A stretch of DNA of 63,552 bases, the filler included, from Chlamydiia bacterium (GTDB lineage: Bacteria > Chlamydiota > Chlamydiia > Chlamydiales > FEN-1388), in the NCBI GenBank assembly GCA_903848235.1. It is 8 parts of 8 records of this genome, joined end to end, with 100 filler letters (N's around TTAATTAATTAA, not from the genome) between each part and the next. Parts side by side here need not be neighbours in the genome. Positions count along the whole stretch, not along the records: positions 5,508 to 12,224 come from CAINFV010000130.1; positions 12,325 to 17,367 come from CAINFV010000132.1; 6 more parts are not named here. The stretch is one strand, 5' to 3'. The notes beneath the pieces were generated by a model. The model was not told the origin of the DNA. It saw nothing but the letters and a program-made list of their open reading frames with translations, and did no database searches. The position numbers and the translations under genes are program-made. Every line of letters starts with the position of its first letter. Positions within the stretch are counted from its first letter, which is position 1. Shown piece after piece: positions 6,403-17,467 of this stretch.

Positions 6403-9183
6403 TTAGATAGTGTACTGTTCAGCAGCAAGGCGGGGGCGCGGATTAATCTGCCACGAGACTCCATGTTGATCTCTATCTCCAATATCCTTTCGAACGAAGT
6501 AGTTGAAGATCCGCAGAGGGATTGCAACAATACGGCTTACGTTTCTTCGGACGAGCTCTGAGGTGCGAGGGCTGTTAAAAAAGCGATATCCCCAGATTTT
6601 TCCTATGCGATGTCGAAGCCACCATGAGTGATCATATTTCTGAAGCTCAAGAGGGGAGAGCTTGGTGATGATATAATCCCGCTCAAGGACTGCGGTGCCA
6701 ATCCGCCTTCCATGGGTAGGCGCTCCTACGATGGAAAGAGCCTTGGCAGATGTCAACGGCTGAAAGACTGTTATGCTGTCGCTAATCCATCGCTTGTCTT
6801 TCCATGGGTGATAGTTGGTGGTTCCTAGATGGCTGCCACCGACCTCTGGCACGAAGTCGCCATATTCAAATTGATGGTAGATTTTCCATCGTATGTGGAG
6901 GGCTTCGAAGAGCCTGCGCTGCTTCTGCCCGAACTTCATGAATTCAGCATCTTTCCAATTGTCAATAGCAGGGCCATCGCTTGAATAGCAGATAAATTGG
7001 TGTCCAGGAAGCGGTATGCGGTTGATTTTCGCGCTGAAGGCATAGGTTCCTGCTTGTGCCAGAGCTCCTCCGAGGCTATGCCCAACAAGGGCGATGTCTT
7101 GGTGGATTTTGTAGCGGGGGTCTTCCCGAAAGCGATGCCCATAGTCAATCAATATGCCTTCTGCAGCAGCAACATCTTCCCCTTCAAGGCAGGCGTCTGT
7201 GCGTGAAGTGTCTTCTAAAGGATGAAAGTCCTGAAGATATTTTTTACATAGCTCTATCGCTTCTATCATATGCTGTCGATATTCAGTTAAAAAAAGCTCT
7301 TCTTGATCAATGTCGAAAGATATGGCTTTGGAGTTCCTCCTCTTCATTTGAAGGGCAACAAGAAGGTGGCCCATCCAAAGAGGCATTGTTCTATCTTCAA
7401 AATGTGCTCGTTCATACTCAAAAGAGATCTCCGGTTGCAAAGAGCCGGGTGCTCCGTGAGGATTGAAGTCTGCAGCGATAGAATCCTGCCAGCTGTCGGC
7501 ATTTCGATTGCTCGCAGTACTTCTGTAGAGCTTGATCATCGGCAAGGTCCTGCCTTCACTGCTTCGATAGCTGGTGCAGGCAGGGAGAAGAACGTAGTTG
7601 ACATTCCCTTGGCCATCATTAAGGTATGCATCAGTACAGTACCAACGAGCTTCTCCTAAAGGAGATCGTGGCGCCGGTATCAAAAACCCTACGTGAAACG
7701 ATGGTTGGTGCTCAGCAGTACCAGGAGTTGGTCGAAGAAGGGTTTTTTTGACGACGACATGGGAGAGGAGTTCGAAGAAGTTCTTCCAGTCTTCGGTTTG
7801 CTGAAGGTCCGGAAAGATATGAAGCAGTTCGCATAGATCACGGCATGGGTTTGGGGTGTTTGGCTTCCCCATCGTATTATATCCCATAATACTCACATGG
7901 CGAATCCGCCGGCCTGTCAGAGACTTTTTTCGCTCCCGCTCTGATGGCATGACAAAATTGACAATCGCATTGAACAGTGTGTAGGGCAAGTCTCGGACAG
8001 AGGCAGCAGGACGATCATCGATAAGGGTTGTGAGGAATGAGTCCAGATCGGCGACAGTTGGCTCTTCTGACGATGATGATACTCGAGGTATGGAGCGGAA
8101 GATACCCCGCAGCGCGCGGATAGAAAAGGGAATGCTTGCGATCAGATGAGCCATGTAGTCCGCTGCAGAGGAGAGAGAGAGAGTTGCCCAGAGAGAAGGT
8201 GTTTTTTTGGTTTCATCGAGATCGGCTTTCATCAGTTGAAGTCGATTCCACAGTCGTTCGAGAATGTATATTTCGATGTTGTTCGATCCTATGTTGCATT
8301 TTGAAACGTGATCTGGGAATAGAGGAAGCCCTTGTTCAATCATGGCATCGAAATGAATGTTATAAGATGCTTCTATCTGCGCTAAGATGCACCGTCCAAA
8401 TTCATTGGCAATAAAATCCCTGTACGTTCGTACACAACGGCGATTCTGCTCTTGATAGAGTAGGAGCTCTCTTGGATTTTCAGGGACACTGTTTTCTTCA
8501 AGGCGTAGATTGAGGCTGTCGTCGAAGACAAAACGGTAGCTGCCCTGATGTTTTGTTTCCATGACGAAGAAGGTCTCGATTGTTTTAAAACATCGAGAGG
8601 CAAGCCTGGTGAAGGGATCGCGAAATGTCTGAAAGCGGATTCTTTGTGCTGGATCTAGTATAAGATTGCGAGCGGAGCTTTTGAAAATTGGATCAAGACC
8701 TCGATCGCTAGAATGAGAAAATGTGATCCCGAAAATTGAATTAAAAATAGCCCCCAGGCATGTCTGGGGGTCTTTTTTTATGTCGACGGTCGCTGATTTT
8801 TCCTTCTTTATCTGACGTGTAAAAGGATCGAGTTCTAGTACTGTGGTAACGGCTGAGTGTACCAGTCGTCGAAAGATAGAGGCTGCCTTGTGCATCGAGA
8901 CCTTCCACGTTCCATCGATAGGGCTTCCCGGTTTCTGGATTCGAATGCGAAATCCCTTTCGAAAGAGGGAACGCGTTAGCGCAGGCTTATTTCTCTCAAA
9001 TACAGAGGCAAAAACAGAGACTAGCTCATAGGCGTCTTTCCCTCGTGCAAACGAGGGAATTTGCATCGAGATCTCTTCTACAGCATCAGCCTGCCTGCCT
9101 TCCTGTGGAGGCAGTACATATGACCATGTCGTACCATCAAGTCGGTGTAGATGGCTTATTGGTAGATGAATGCCCATAGTCAT
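6403..9183 (-). CDS. 926-aa protein with C-terminal lipase class 3-like domain, paralog B
   Basis: LVGHSLGGALAQ nucleophile elbow, GDFVP, THGRR; collinear with the upstream 932-aa ORF. Confidence 0.75.
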   Translation of the reverse strand: MTMGIHLPISHLHRLDGTTWSYVLPPQEGRQADAVEEISMQIPSFARGKDAYELVSVFASVFERNKPALTRSLFRKGFRIRIQKPGSPIDGTWKVSMHKAASIFRRLVHSAVTTVLELDPFTRQIKKEKSATVDIKKDPQTCLGAIFNSIFGITFSHSSDRGLDPIFKSSARNLILDPAQRIRFQTFRDPFTRLASRCFKTIETFFVMETKHQGSYRFVFDDSLNLRLEENSVPENPRELLLYQEQNRRCVRTYRDFIANEFGRCILAQIEASYNIHFDAMIEQGLPLFPDHVSKCNIGSNNIEIYILERLWNRLQLMKADLDETKKTPSLWATLSLSSAADYMAHLIASIPFSIRALRGIFRSIPRVSSSSEEPTVADLDSFLTTLIDDRPAASVRDLPYTLFNAIVNFVMPSERERKKSLTGRRIRHVSIMGYNTMGKPNTPNPCRDLCELLHIFPDLQQTEDWKNFFELLSHVVVKKTLLRPTPGTAEHQPSFHVGFLIPAPRSPLGEARWYCTDAYLNDGQGNVNYVLLPACTSYRSSEGRTLPMIKLYRSTASNRNADSWQDSIAADFNPHGAPGSLQPEISFEYERAHFEDRTMPLWMGHLLVALQMKRRNSKAISFDIDQEELFLTEYRQHMIEAIELCKKYLQDFHPLEDTSRTDACLEGEDVAAAEGILIDYGHRFREDPRYKIHQDIALVGHSLGGALAQAGTYAFSAKINRIPLPGHQFICYSSDGPAIDNWKDAEFMKFGQKQRRLFEALHIRWKIYHQFEYGDFVPEVGGSHLGTTNYHPWKDKRWISDSITVFQPLTSAKALSIVGAPTHGRRIGTAVLERDYIITKLSPLELQKYDHSWWLRHRIGKIWGYRFFNSPRTSELVRRNVSRIVAIPLRIFNYFVRKDIGDRDQHGVSWQINPRPRLAAEQYTI

Positions 9184-11978
9184 ACAGGCTTCGATTCAGC
9201 AGGTTTTTCATACCGAACTGCAAGAACGCCGTTTTCATCCCGTGTCCCTATCCCTTGCCCTTCGAAAAAGTTGATGATCTTCATCGCTGGAAGTGTGAGA
9301 AGCCCGACCTTTTTCCGAACCCATTCTGAAATACGGGGACTATTGAAAATTCGGTATCCCCAGATCGATCGAATTCGCGCAGAGAGCCAGTACGAGTGGT
9401 CAAATTCAGAGAGCTCAGTTGGAGTGATTTTTGTGATGGTATAATCTCGTTCGGGCGTGGCCAAGCCAATGCGTCTGCCGTGTGTTTGTGAAGAGACGAC
9501 GGCAGGTGCATCTCCTTGTAGTGGGCGGAAGACGACAGCTGACTCGTCGAGCCAACTTTTGTCTTTTTGACGGTTGTATTCTGTGGTCCCTAAATGACTT
9601 CCACCGGCCTGAGGAACAAAATCGCCAAATTCAAATTGGTGATAGATCTTCCATTTCACATGAAGAAATTGAAATAACTCCTGATGGTGGCGGCCGAATT
9701 TCATGAACTCTGCATCTTTGCTGTTGTCGATAGCAGGGCCATCGCTGGAATAGCAAATAAACTGATGCCCAGGAAGGGGCATGCGTTTGAGATGGGTGCT
9801 GAAAAGGTAGGCTCCTGCTTGGGAGAGCGCTCCTCCGAGGCTGTGCCCTACACAGGCAACGTCCTGGTGGATTTTGTAGCGGGGGTCCTCTTTAAACTGG
9901 TGGCCATATGCAATGAGAAGCTTTTCTAGATTTTCGGTCTCTTCTTGTTCGATATACGAACACAGAGTGCTGAGGTCAGTAGTTGGATGAAATTTCTGCA
10001 GATACGTCTTACACTGTGTCGCAGCTTCACGAATATTCTCCTCGTAGCTAGAAGTGAACATCTCCTTGCATTCTCCAGTAGGACTCGAGGCTCCCTTCTC
10101 CCAGTTTTTCATGCGCAGCGCCATGAGAAGGTGCCCCATCCATACCGGGATTGTTCTTTCTGCGAAATGGTCGAATTCATATTTAAAGGAAAGCTCTGGA
10201 TTCAGAGAGCCTGGAGATCCGTGAGGATTTAAATCCGCCGCTATTGAGTCATGCCAGTTTTCGGCATTCCTATTGCTGGCGGTGCTTCGATAGAGTTTGA
10301 CCATCGGCAGAGGCCTGCCTTCATACGACGAGTAGCTTTGACAGGCTGGGAGCAGCACGTAGTTGACATTTCCCTGACTGTCGTCAAAGAATGATTCATT
10401 AAAATACCATCGCCGTTCTCCAGTATTTGCATTGGGAGCTGGAATCAACAGGCCTACGTGTAATTGTTGATCCTTTGAAAAAACAGGAGGGGTTGAGGAA
10501 AGTGGTGGAGAAGATGGCTGGGTAGGTGTTTCTCGAAAAATGCTTTTCTTGACGACTACATGAGATAAGAGCTCGAAGAAATTCTTCCAATCCTCTTTTT
10601 TTCGGCAGTCATCGAAGATATGAAGGAGCTCAAAGAGGTCCCTGGCACGATTTGAGACATTCGGGTTTCCCATCGTATGAAAGCCCATGATCGGTAGATG
10701 TCTGATCCGACGCCCTGTGTAGGTCTTTTTTCTCTCTGCGTCAGAGGGCATGATCATATCGACAACGGTATTAAAGAGCGTTGGTAGCAATAAGCGTACG
10801 GATTGAGGCGGCGACTGTCCTACCACTTCGGATAGAAAGTCATACAGATTGGAAACAGTTGGCAGAGCCTCGCCTCGGGGCATAGAGCGAAGGATGCCTC
10901 GAAGCACGCGGATGGATATTGGTATCTCTGCCCCAACATTGAGGAGGAATTCAGCGGCCCCTTCCTGTCCTAAAGACTCTGCTTGAGCTTGTGACGATCT
11001 TTTCTTTAGGTCATCGATTCTTGCATATATTTTTTTGAGTCCTTCGAAGACCTGTTCTACATGGCTTAGTTCAATGCTATTCGCGCCGATATTACATTTG
11101 CAGACGTGATCTGGATAGAGGGGGAGCCCCTCTTCGAGCATCTGCTGAAAATGGATGTTAAAAGAGAAGTCTATAGAAGCTAAAAAGTCGGCGCCAAATT
11201 CACTGAGCAGAAAATCTTTGTACGCACGGACGACTGCGCGGTTCTGTTCACGATACAGCTCATTCTCTGCCTTGTCTTGGGGGATATCGTCTTCTACGAG
11301 AGACAGTCGTGAGTCGTGGTCCACGATAAACCGGTATGTGCCGCGGTGCTCGTTTTCCATCACGAACCACTTTTCTACCGTTTTGAACGCTATCCTGCTT
11401 AAGGTTGAAAATGGATCGCGGAATGAGATATCACGAATCCTGCGTATTGGGTTCTGTGCTGAAGCGAGGTCAATTCTTTCAGCTAATGGGTGATGATGTT
11501 CTTCATGGGTTGAATGCGCGAAGGTGACGAAACGTTTGGCGACAGAGGTGATTTTTTCGATGACGCCTCCATTGCATTGTCGGACGTCTATTACAGCTGT
11601 CCTCCGCTTTCTAATCGTTCTGGTGAAGGGGATGTATTGTTTGAGTTTGGTCATTCCGCTGCTGAAGAGTCTGGAAGCTGCGCAGTTCACTCGATGGTAG
11701 GCGATACGCCATGTTTCAGGCTCTTCATGTTCTGATGTATGGACGCGGACTTTAAACCCCTTTTTGAATAGGTTTCTGGTCAGCATTTCTTTATTTTTTT
11801 CGAAGATGGTAATGATGGAATGGATGAGGGTATAGGCATCCCTGCCATCACTCATCGGAGACAGCTGCATGCGAATTTCCTCAAATGCATTTTCAGCCCC
11901 CCCTGTCGTGGATGGGATATACGACCATGTTGTGTCGTCTAGCCGATGGAGATGGGCTCTTGATGTCTGACTCGTCAT
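9180..11978 (-). CDS. 932-aa protein with C-terminal lipase class 3-like domain, paralog A
   Basis: CVGHSLGGALSQ, GDFVP, THGRR; stop overlaps the start of paralog B. Confidence 0.75.
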   Translation of the reverse strand: MTSQTSRAHLHRLDDTTWSYIPSTTGGAENAFEEIRMQLSPMSDGRDAYTLIHSIITIFEKNKEMLTRNLFKKGFKVRVHTSEHEEPETWRIAYHRVNCAASRLFSSGMTKLKQYIPFTRTIRKRRTAVIDVRQCNGGVIEKITSVAKRFVTFAHSTHEEHHHPLAERIDLASAQNPIRRIRDISFRDPFSTLSRIAFKTVEKWFVMENEHRGTYRFIVDHDSRLSLVEDDIPQDKAENELYREQNRAVVRAYKDFLLSEFGADFLASIDFSFNIHFQQMLEEGLPLYPDHVCKCNIGANSIELSHVEQVFEGLKKIYARIDDLKKRSSQAQAESLGQEGAAEFLLNVGAEIPISIRVLRGILRSMPRGEALPTVSNLYDFLSEVVGQSPPQSVRLLLPTLFNTVVDMIMPSDAERKKTYTGRRIRHLPIMGFHTMGNPNVSNRARDLFELLHIFDDCRKKEDWKNFFELLSHVVVKKSIFRETPTQPSSPPLSSTPPVFSKDQQLHVGLLIPAPNANTGERRWYFNESFFDDSQGNVNYVLLPACQSYSSYEGRPLPMVKLYRSTASNRNAENWHDSIAADLNPHGSPGSLNPELSFKYEFDHFAERTIPVWMGHLLMALRMKNWEKGASSPTGECKEMFTSSYEENIREAATQCKTYLQKFHPTTDLSTLCSYIEQEETENLEKLLIAYGHQFKEDPRYKIHQDVACVGHSLGGALSQAGAYLFSTHLKRMPLPGHQFICYSSDGPAIDNSKDAEFMKFGRHHQELFQFLHVKWKIYHQFEFGDFVPQAGGSHLGTTEYNRQKDKSWLDESAVVFRPLQGDAPAVVSSQTHGRRIGLATPERDYTITKITPTELSEFDHSYWLSARIRSIWGYRIFNSPRISEWVRKKVGLLTLPAMKIINFFEGQGIGTRDENGVLAVRYEKPAESKPV

Positions 11979-12324
11979 TGTTCACCTGTAGCTGAAAATT
12001 TATATGTGCTCTGCTGAGTGATAATTCCTTCATCCAATTTGAGGAGCTCCTCTCCTTAAGGAGGGGAGCTTTCCAAAACAAGGCAAGAAATATTTTCATG
12101 AACCTCGAAGACCTAGAGGGTCCTCTCCGGAAGAGCTTGTTAAACTTTTTTTCTCTCAAAAAGCAATAGAAATTTTTGCTTTGACATACCTCTTCTTGTT
12201 CAAGAATCGGATTTCACGCTTAGANNNNNNNNNNNNNNNNNNNNNNNNNNNNNNNNNNNNNNNNNNNNTTAATTAATTAANNNNNNNNNNNNNNNNNNNN
12301 NNNNNNNNNNNNNNNNNNNNNNNN

Positions 12325-12972
12325 ACCTTGCTGCCACCAGGCAAATTTCCGGCCCTCTAAAAGCCCATGGCTATACGTAGCCTCGCTTTCCTTCTCTCCA
12401 CTCTCGTACAACGTACGGCAAAGGCCATGGAGAAGCCCGTCTACATATCTGTCTTCAGAACGCGGGGCGCCAGAAAGCCAATAGAGAATCGTTCTTCCAT
12501 GCAGCTTCCCATGCTGATATTCCGCTTCGTAGAGTGTCTTGCCACTCTCATCAAAAAACCGTTCCGTACCTTCTTGCACACCCCGCTCATAGCGGCATAC
12601 GCGCTTCATATCTCCGGTCTCATAATATTCAACTGACGCCCCGTTCGCTCTCCCATACGCTTCGTCAAGGCCACTGTACGGCTCTAGATCTGATTCTTCA
12701 GCTATCGCTCCGGATGGGTAATAGCACAGGCGCTTCATGGGCCAATCGCGGTCAGGAGTACACATCAGCACTTCACGGATTGAGACTCCCTCCCACCTGT
12801 CGACAATCTGCACCTTCCACTCTGGGCGGAAGGGAACGGCCTGTTCAGAGAGTTCAGGGATAGGCTCTCCAAGAAGAGCAGAGAAGTCAATGGAATCATT
12901 TACTGCAGCTGCAGCTGCAGTGCGGCAACAGCAAAGAATGGCCAAACAGAGGAAGGATAACCGTCGTTTCAT
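12325..12972 (-). CDS. secreted MORN-variant repeat protein (3' truncated)
   Basis: Signal-peptide-like N-terminus; repeated Y..G.LHG....Y.SG units. Confidence 0.8.
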
Positions 12973-13215
12973 AGAAAACTCCAACAGAGCACACAATTGA
13001 TGTAGATTAGAATACTCGACTTTTCTGTTTTTGATCTTCTTTTTCTCCTTCCCTTCCTGTAATCACCGCTTCGCATAAATTCGTTCAGGATGAAAGTATT
13101 CCTCCCTTGCGTCTATACTCCGATTCCCCAAAAAAGGGGGACCATCTTTCGCACCCCTAATGAGACTTGGGTCGAGAGGAAACAGGTGATTTTTGTTAAT
13201 ACCATGGAGTACACA

Positions 13216-14112
13216 ATGAGATCTAAAGTTGCTACATTTGTAGCCGTCATGTCCTCTGCACTCTCCTTTCACCTCTGCGCCGCTGATGCACTGCAGTCGA
13301 AAGTTGAGCTCGGGCAAGGATACCGCCACGATAGCCTGAGATTTAACTTCGGAGGGATCCATAACAAACCAAATATTCTCTCTGAATTAGATTTCAAAAA
13401 CATGCAAGTCTACTTAACGACCCTGAAGTCAAGTCTATCAAATGGCACCTACATCGGCGTTATAGACCTGGCCTATGGGGATATTATCCATGGGAAAGTA
13501 CGCGACTCTGATTATTTTAAAAATAACAGACATGGAGAGTTTTCACGTTCATACTTAAAAGTTCGTGGAAATTACACCGTTGATGCCTCAGCTAAAATTG
13601 GCCGTATCATCCCCATGTTCTCAGGGATCACCTGTACGCCAAGCATTGGCTACGGGGCTTTCTGGCAACACATTCGCTTCAAGGATGGCCACCAAACGAT
13701 TCCTCGTCATTTCAAGATCCACAACGTCAACAGCACGGTAAAGACATTGTGGTCGGCACCATTTGCTGATCTGCGATTTTCAGTCCCTCTCTCTGCTCGC
13801 TTGACCCTAGGCCTTGGATACACCTTCTTCTATCCTGTCCAATACACTGGAAAAGGACACTGGAATCTTCGCCATATGCATTTCACCCAAAAAAATAAAG
13901 CCGGGAAAAGCTACGCGAATAAAGGAGATGTCTCTCTTCGCTGGGCGTTCGCCGAACGGTTCGAGCTCGGCCTTGGCGCCAGTATCGCACAGTTTTGCGC
14001 CAAAGGGGGGAAAATACACCTTAAGCTGCCAAACTTTAAATCACATCAGCCAGCACATCGTGCAAAGAGAACCTGCGCTGACTATGTTCTCTCGCTATCC
14101 TACGCGTTCTAA
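13216..14112 (+). CDS. outer membrane beta-barrel protein (omptin/Pom-like), paralog 1
   Basis: Signal peptide, GYRHDSL..PNILSELDF, RDSDY, terminal YAF. Confidence 0.75.
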   Translation: MRSKVATFVAVMSSALSFHLCAADALQSKVELGQGYRHDSLRFNFGGIHNKPNILSELDFKNMQVYLTTLKSSLSNGTYIGVIDLAYGDIIHGKVRDSDYFKNNRHGEFSRSYLKVRGNYTVDASAKIGRIIPMFSGITCTPSIGYGAFWQHIRFKDGHQTIPRHFKIHNVNSTVKTLWSAPFADLRFSVPLSARLTLGLGYTFFYPVQYTGKGHWNLRHMHFTQKNKAGKSYANKGDVSLRWAFAERFELGLGASIAQFCAKGGKIHLKLPNFKSHQPAHRAKRTCADYVLSLSYAF

Positions 14113-14127
14113 CAATCAACGTAACGA

Positions 14128-14160
14128 GCAAGACGTGGTTTCACCACGTCTTGCCTTTTT
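14128..14160 (+). terminator. rho-independent terminator
   Basis: GCAAGACGTGGT-TTC-ACCACGTCTTGC followed by CTTTTT, just after the barrel gene. Confidence 0.7.
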
Positions 14161-14543
14161 GCCTCCATTTCGAGATGCCTATATAAGATATTCATAATTT
14201 TTTCCGCCCTCAGTCTTCCGACAACTAACGAGAAAAATTAGTTCAGAATGAAAATATATAGGCCCATAATTATAATCCAGCTTCCCACAAGGTGATATTC
14301 CTTTGGGACATACCGCTGACAGTTGAAAGTTGGATAGATGCCGAAGAAAAAGTCCGCAGATTCGATCGCCAAAAACAGACCCGCTACTAGAAGTAGGGGT
14401 TGTTTTTGCCGACTCGAAGATGCGGACTTTTTCGATGGCAGGTATGCGACTTTCAATTAGAAGCGGTATAAACCCCGACGTTGCCGCTTCTTTTCAAGGA
14501 GCGACGATACAGGTTGAATATTGATAATAAATTGGAGCGTTTA

Positions 14544-15443
14544 ATGAAGCCGAATTTTGTGAAATTCGTAACCCTTATGTCATCTATCCTTTCCTTTCAT
14601 CTCTGCGCCTCAGATGAGCTGCAGTCGAAAGTTGAATTAGGGCAAGGATACCGACATGATAGTCTGAAATTTAGGATTGCAGGACCCCATAACAAGCCAA
14701 ATATACTTTCAGAATTAGACTACAAAAATTTGCAAGTCTACTTATCGACGCTCAAAACAACGGTGTCAAATGGAACCTATATCGGCGTAGTGGATCTCGC
14801 CTATGGCAACATCCTTCATGGAAAATCACGTGATTCTGATTATACGAAAAACAATAGACGCGGAGAAAAGTCCCGCTCTTTTAGTAGAATTACCGGGGAT
14901 TACACCATCGATGTTTCAGCAAAAATTGGCCGCATCTTCCCACTCTCATCAGGAATCTCTTTCACACCCAGCATTGGCTATGGAGCATTTTGGCAAAACC
15001 TTCGTATGAAAAATGGGCGCCAAACTATTCCCTTTCACGCCTCTTTTCCAAAAAAACACAACAGCACATATAAAACCTGCTGGTCGGCACCCTTTGTAGA
15101 CTTTCGATTTTCAGTGCCTCTGTCGACACGCCTGAAGATGGATCTTGGATATGCATTCTTCTACCCAGTCCGATACAGCGGAACGGGATACTGGAGTCTT
15201 CGCCATATGCATTTATCCGATTCGAACAAGGCTTGGAAAAGCTACGGACATAAAGCTGATGTCAATCTTCGGTGGGCATTCACCGACCGAGTCGAACTCG
15301 GGCTAGGTGTCGGTCTTGCGCATTTCGCAGCCAAGGATGGAACGGCACAAAATAAAGGGCGCCACTTCAAAGTTCACACGCCGCTTGTCAGCGCACAACG
15401 TACATGCGTAGATTATCTGCTATCGCTATCCTACGCTTTCTAG
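14544..15443 (+). CDS. outer membrane beta-barrel protein (omptin/Pom-like), paralog 2
   Basis: Same motifs as paralog 1; terminal YAF. Confidence 0.75.
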   Translation: MKPNFVKFVTLMSSILSFHLCASDELQSKVELGQGYRHDSLKFRIAGPHNKPNILSELDYKNLQVYLSTLKTTVSNGTYIGVVDLAYGNILHGKSRDSDYTKNNRRGEKSRSFSRITGDYTIDVSAKIGRIFPLSSGISFTPSIGYGAFWQNLRMKNGRQTIPFHASFPKKHNSTYKTCWSAPFVDFRFSVPLSTRLKMDLGYAFFYPVRYSGTGYWSLRHMHLSDSNKAWKSYGHKADVNLRWAFTDRVELGLGVGLAHFAAKDGTAQNKGRHFKVHTPLVSAQRTCVDYLLSLSYAF

Positions 15444-16636
15444 CAACAACACCCGCTCATTGACAGAGCAGGCGCAACAAGCTGCGCCTGCTTTTTTTCA
15501 TTTATCTCTTCGTCCATTCGTTTCCGTTGGTCATACAGCAATTGAGTGAACACAGGAAGCTCATAGCAGAGCATGACACCACGCATCGACTTACAGTCTG
15601 AGAGTTCCATGTAGGCGTCGATGACAGCACAGTGTGCTTTGTGATAGTCTGTCGACCGCGCCAGACGATGCTTTGCATCTGCTGGGGACTGTTGTTTCCT
15701 CGCTCCCCACGTCAAGGAGAGCATGAGGTATTGTTTTTCTGCCTGCACAGTCTGTAGCACAAGGTTCATCGCTGATGCCTCCGCCGCCTCTGCGCCTATC
15801 GTTGTGATATGCTCTTCAATGTGCTGCTGAAGACTCTCAAACTCCTGGATACCGGTCGACGGTCGCCCACCTTCCTGAAGCTTTTTCGCTGCAGCTTCTA
15901 TCATGACTTTCAGCAAAAACTCCTCGAGACCAATAGCTCTTTCCACACTGCCCACATCAGAGAATGATATTGATGGAGGGTGGTCCTTCAGAAAATATAT
16001 CGTTTCTCGCTCTCGCCTGACACGCTGTAACAGAGTTTTCAGTTTCAGAAAAGTATCGGCAACAAGCCCTTGTTCAACGTGTTTCCAACAGCGAAGGAGT
16101 GCCTCTCTCCTTCTGTGGAGCTGTCTGCTCTGTTCCTCTTTGGCAATTGCGCCTTCAATAGCCTCTCCTACCCACACCGCCATGTCAAGCGCCCCTAAAA
16201 GCGACAAGAGGCTGGCCTTCCATAGGCGAGACCATTTCAATACAAAGATCAACCAATCATCAGGAGATTTCTTTTTCATCCGTGCGAGCCGCTTCTCGGC
16301 ATCCGTCAGCCATTGCCTGAACATTTTCCCAGCGATAGAAATCTCTCGACACTCCATCAGGTGAACAGAACAGTTCTCAATCGCATAGCACAAGGCCAAT
16401 CGAAACTGCTCTGTCGTCTGAGCTTCCTCAAGCTGTTTTGCCGCAACGATCACATCCTCTCGTACAGCCCTCTGCTCATGTGACGAGAGGCGTAGAACCA
16501 TCTCTACAAAAATGGCGAGTGCCTCTTGTATCTTTGCCCGCGCCTCTTCTGTCGAAGAGAGAGGATGAGAAACTGTTTTCATACACACCTCGTTGCAGCC
16601 CAGGATATCCTTATTCTGACAGCGCCTACCGTGCAT
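15440..16636 (-). CDS. hypothetical alpha-helical protein
   Basis: 398-aa ORF with no recognised motif; start may be 16582. Confidence 0.55.
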   Translation of the reverse strand: MHGRRCQNKDILGCNEVCMKTVSHPLSSTEEARAKIQEALAIFVEMVLRLSSHEQRAVREDVIVAAKQLEEAQTTEQFRLALCYAIENCSVHLMECREISIAGKMFRQWLTDAEKRLARMKKKSPDDWLIFVLKWSRLWKASLLSLLGALDMAVWVGEAIEGAIAKEEQSRQLHRRREALLRCWKHVEQGLVADTFLKLKTLLQRVRRERETIYFLKDHPPSISFSDVGSVERAIGLEEFLLKVMIEAAAKKLQEGGRPSTGIQEFESLQQHIEEHITTIGAEAAEASAMNLVLQTVQAEKQYLMLSLTWGARKQQSPADAKHRLARSTDYHKAHCAVIDAYMELSDCKSMRGVMLCYELPVFTQLLYDQRKRMDEEINEKKQAQLVAPALSMSGCCC

Positions 16637-16754
16637 AAGATCTTCATAGAATGCAATAAATATTTTTTAAAATCCAGTTACAACAACGTCTCGCTACCAA
16701 TGGGAGGCATTTCCTTGTATGATATACTTTTTCTTGTTCGAGAATCGGTATAGT

Positions 16755-17367
16755 ATGACACTCTCTGCTCGATCTGCGGCGCTCTTCGCCCTTCAACGCT
16801 GGTCAAAAACTGGGGATCTGGTATCAGACACTATCAGAAGACACAGCCAGACTCTTCTGCCTGCCGACCTTCGCTTTGCCTTTGATCTATCCTCAGGAAC
16901 TGTGCGACAGTTCTGGACCATTGAATGGTATGCCCACCAGCTCGTTGCAAAAGCCATTCCCAACAAGCCGTCCCAAAAACTGCTTCTCTTCATGGCTCTC
17001 TACCAACGGCTGTTTCATGAAAATCTCCCTCCCCATGCCCTTATCTACGAATATGTAGAGCTGGCAAAAAAGGAGTGTAACTCAGCCTTCGCTGCATTTA
17101 TCAACGCCGTCCTACGAAAAAGCCTTCTCACACCCTTGGCCCTTCCTCAAGGAAATTCCATCGACGACCTCTCGATACGGTATTCATACCCACCATCATT
17201 CATCCGCCGCCTTCTCTCACGCTTTTCTCTGGAAACTGCCATCCGCATTCTCGAAGCAGAAAATGTCAAGCTCCCCTCGTGCAGGCGTGGCGCTTGGGAT
17301 GCCGAACGTCAGCAGTTCTCGTTTGACAAGCCTTTTGATGACGAGCCCTATGTCATGCAAAACCCTA
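16755..17367 (+). CDS. RsmB/Sun-like protein, NusB-like N-terminal part (3' truncated)
   Basis: DLSSGTVRQ, LFMALYQ, PPHALIYEYVELAK, AAFINAVLR, LSIRYSYP. Confidence 0.65.
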
Positions 17368-17467
17368 NNNNNNNNNNNNNNNNNNNNNNNNNNNNNNNNN
17401 NNNNNNNNNNNTTAATTAATTAANNNNNNNNNNNNNNNNNNNNNNNNNNNNNNNNNNNNNNNNNNNN

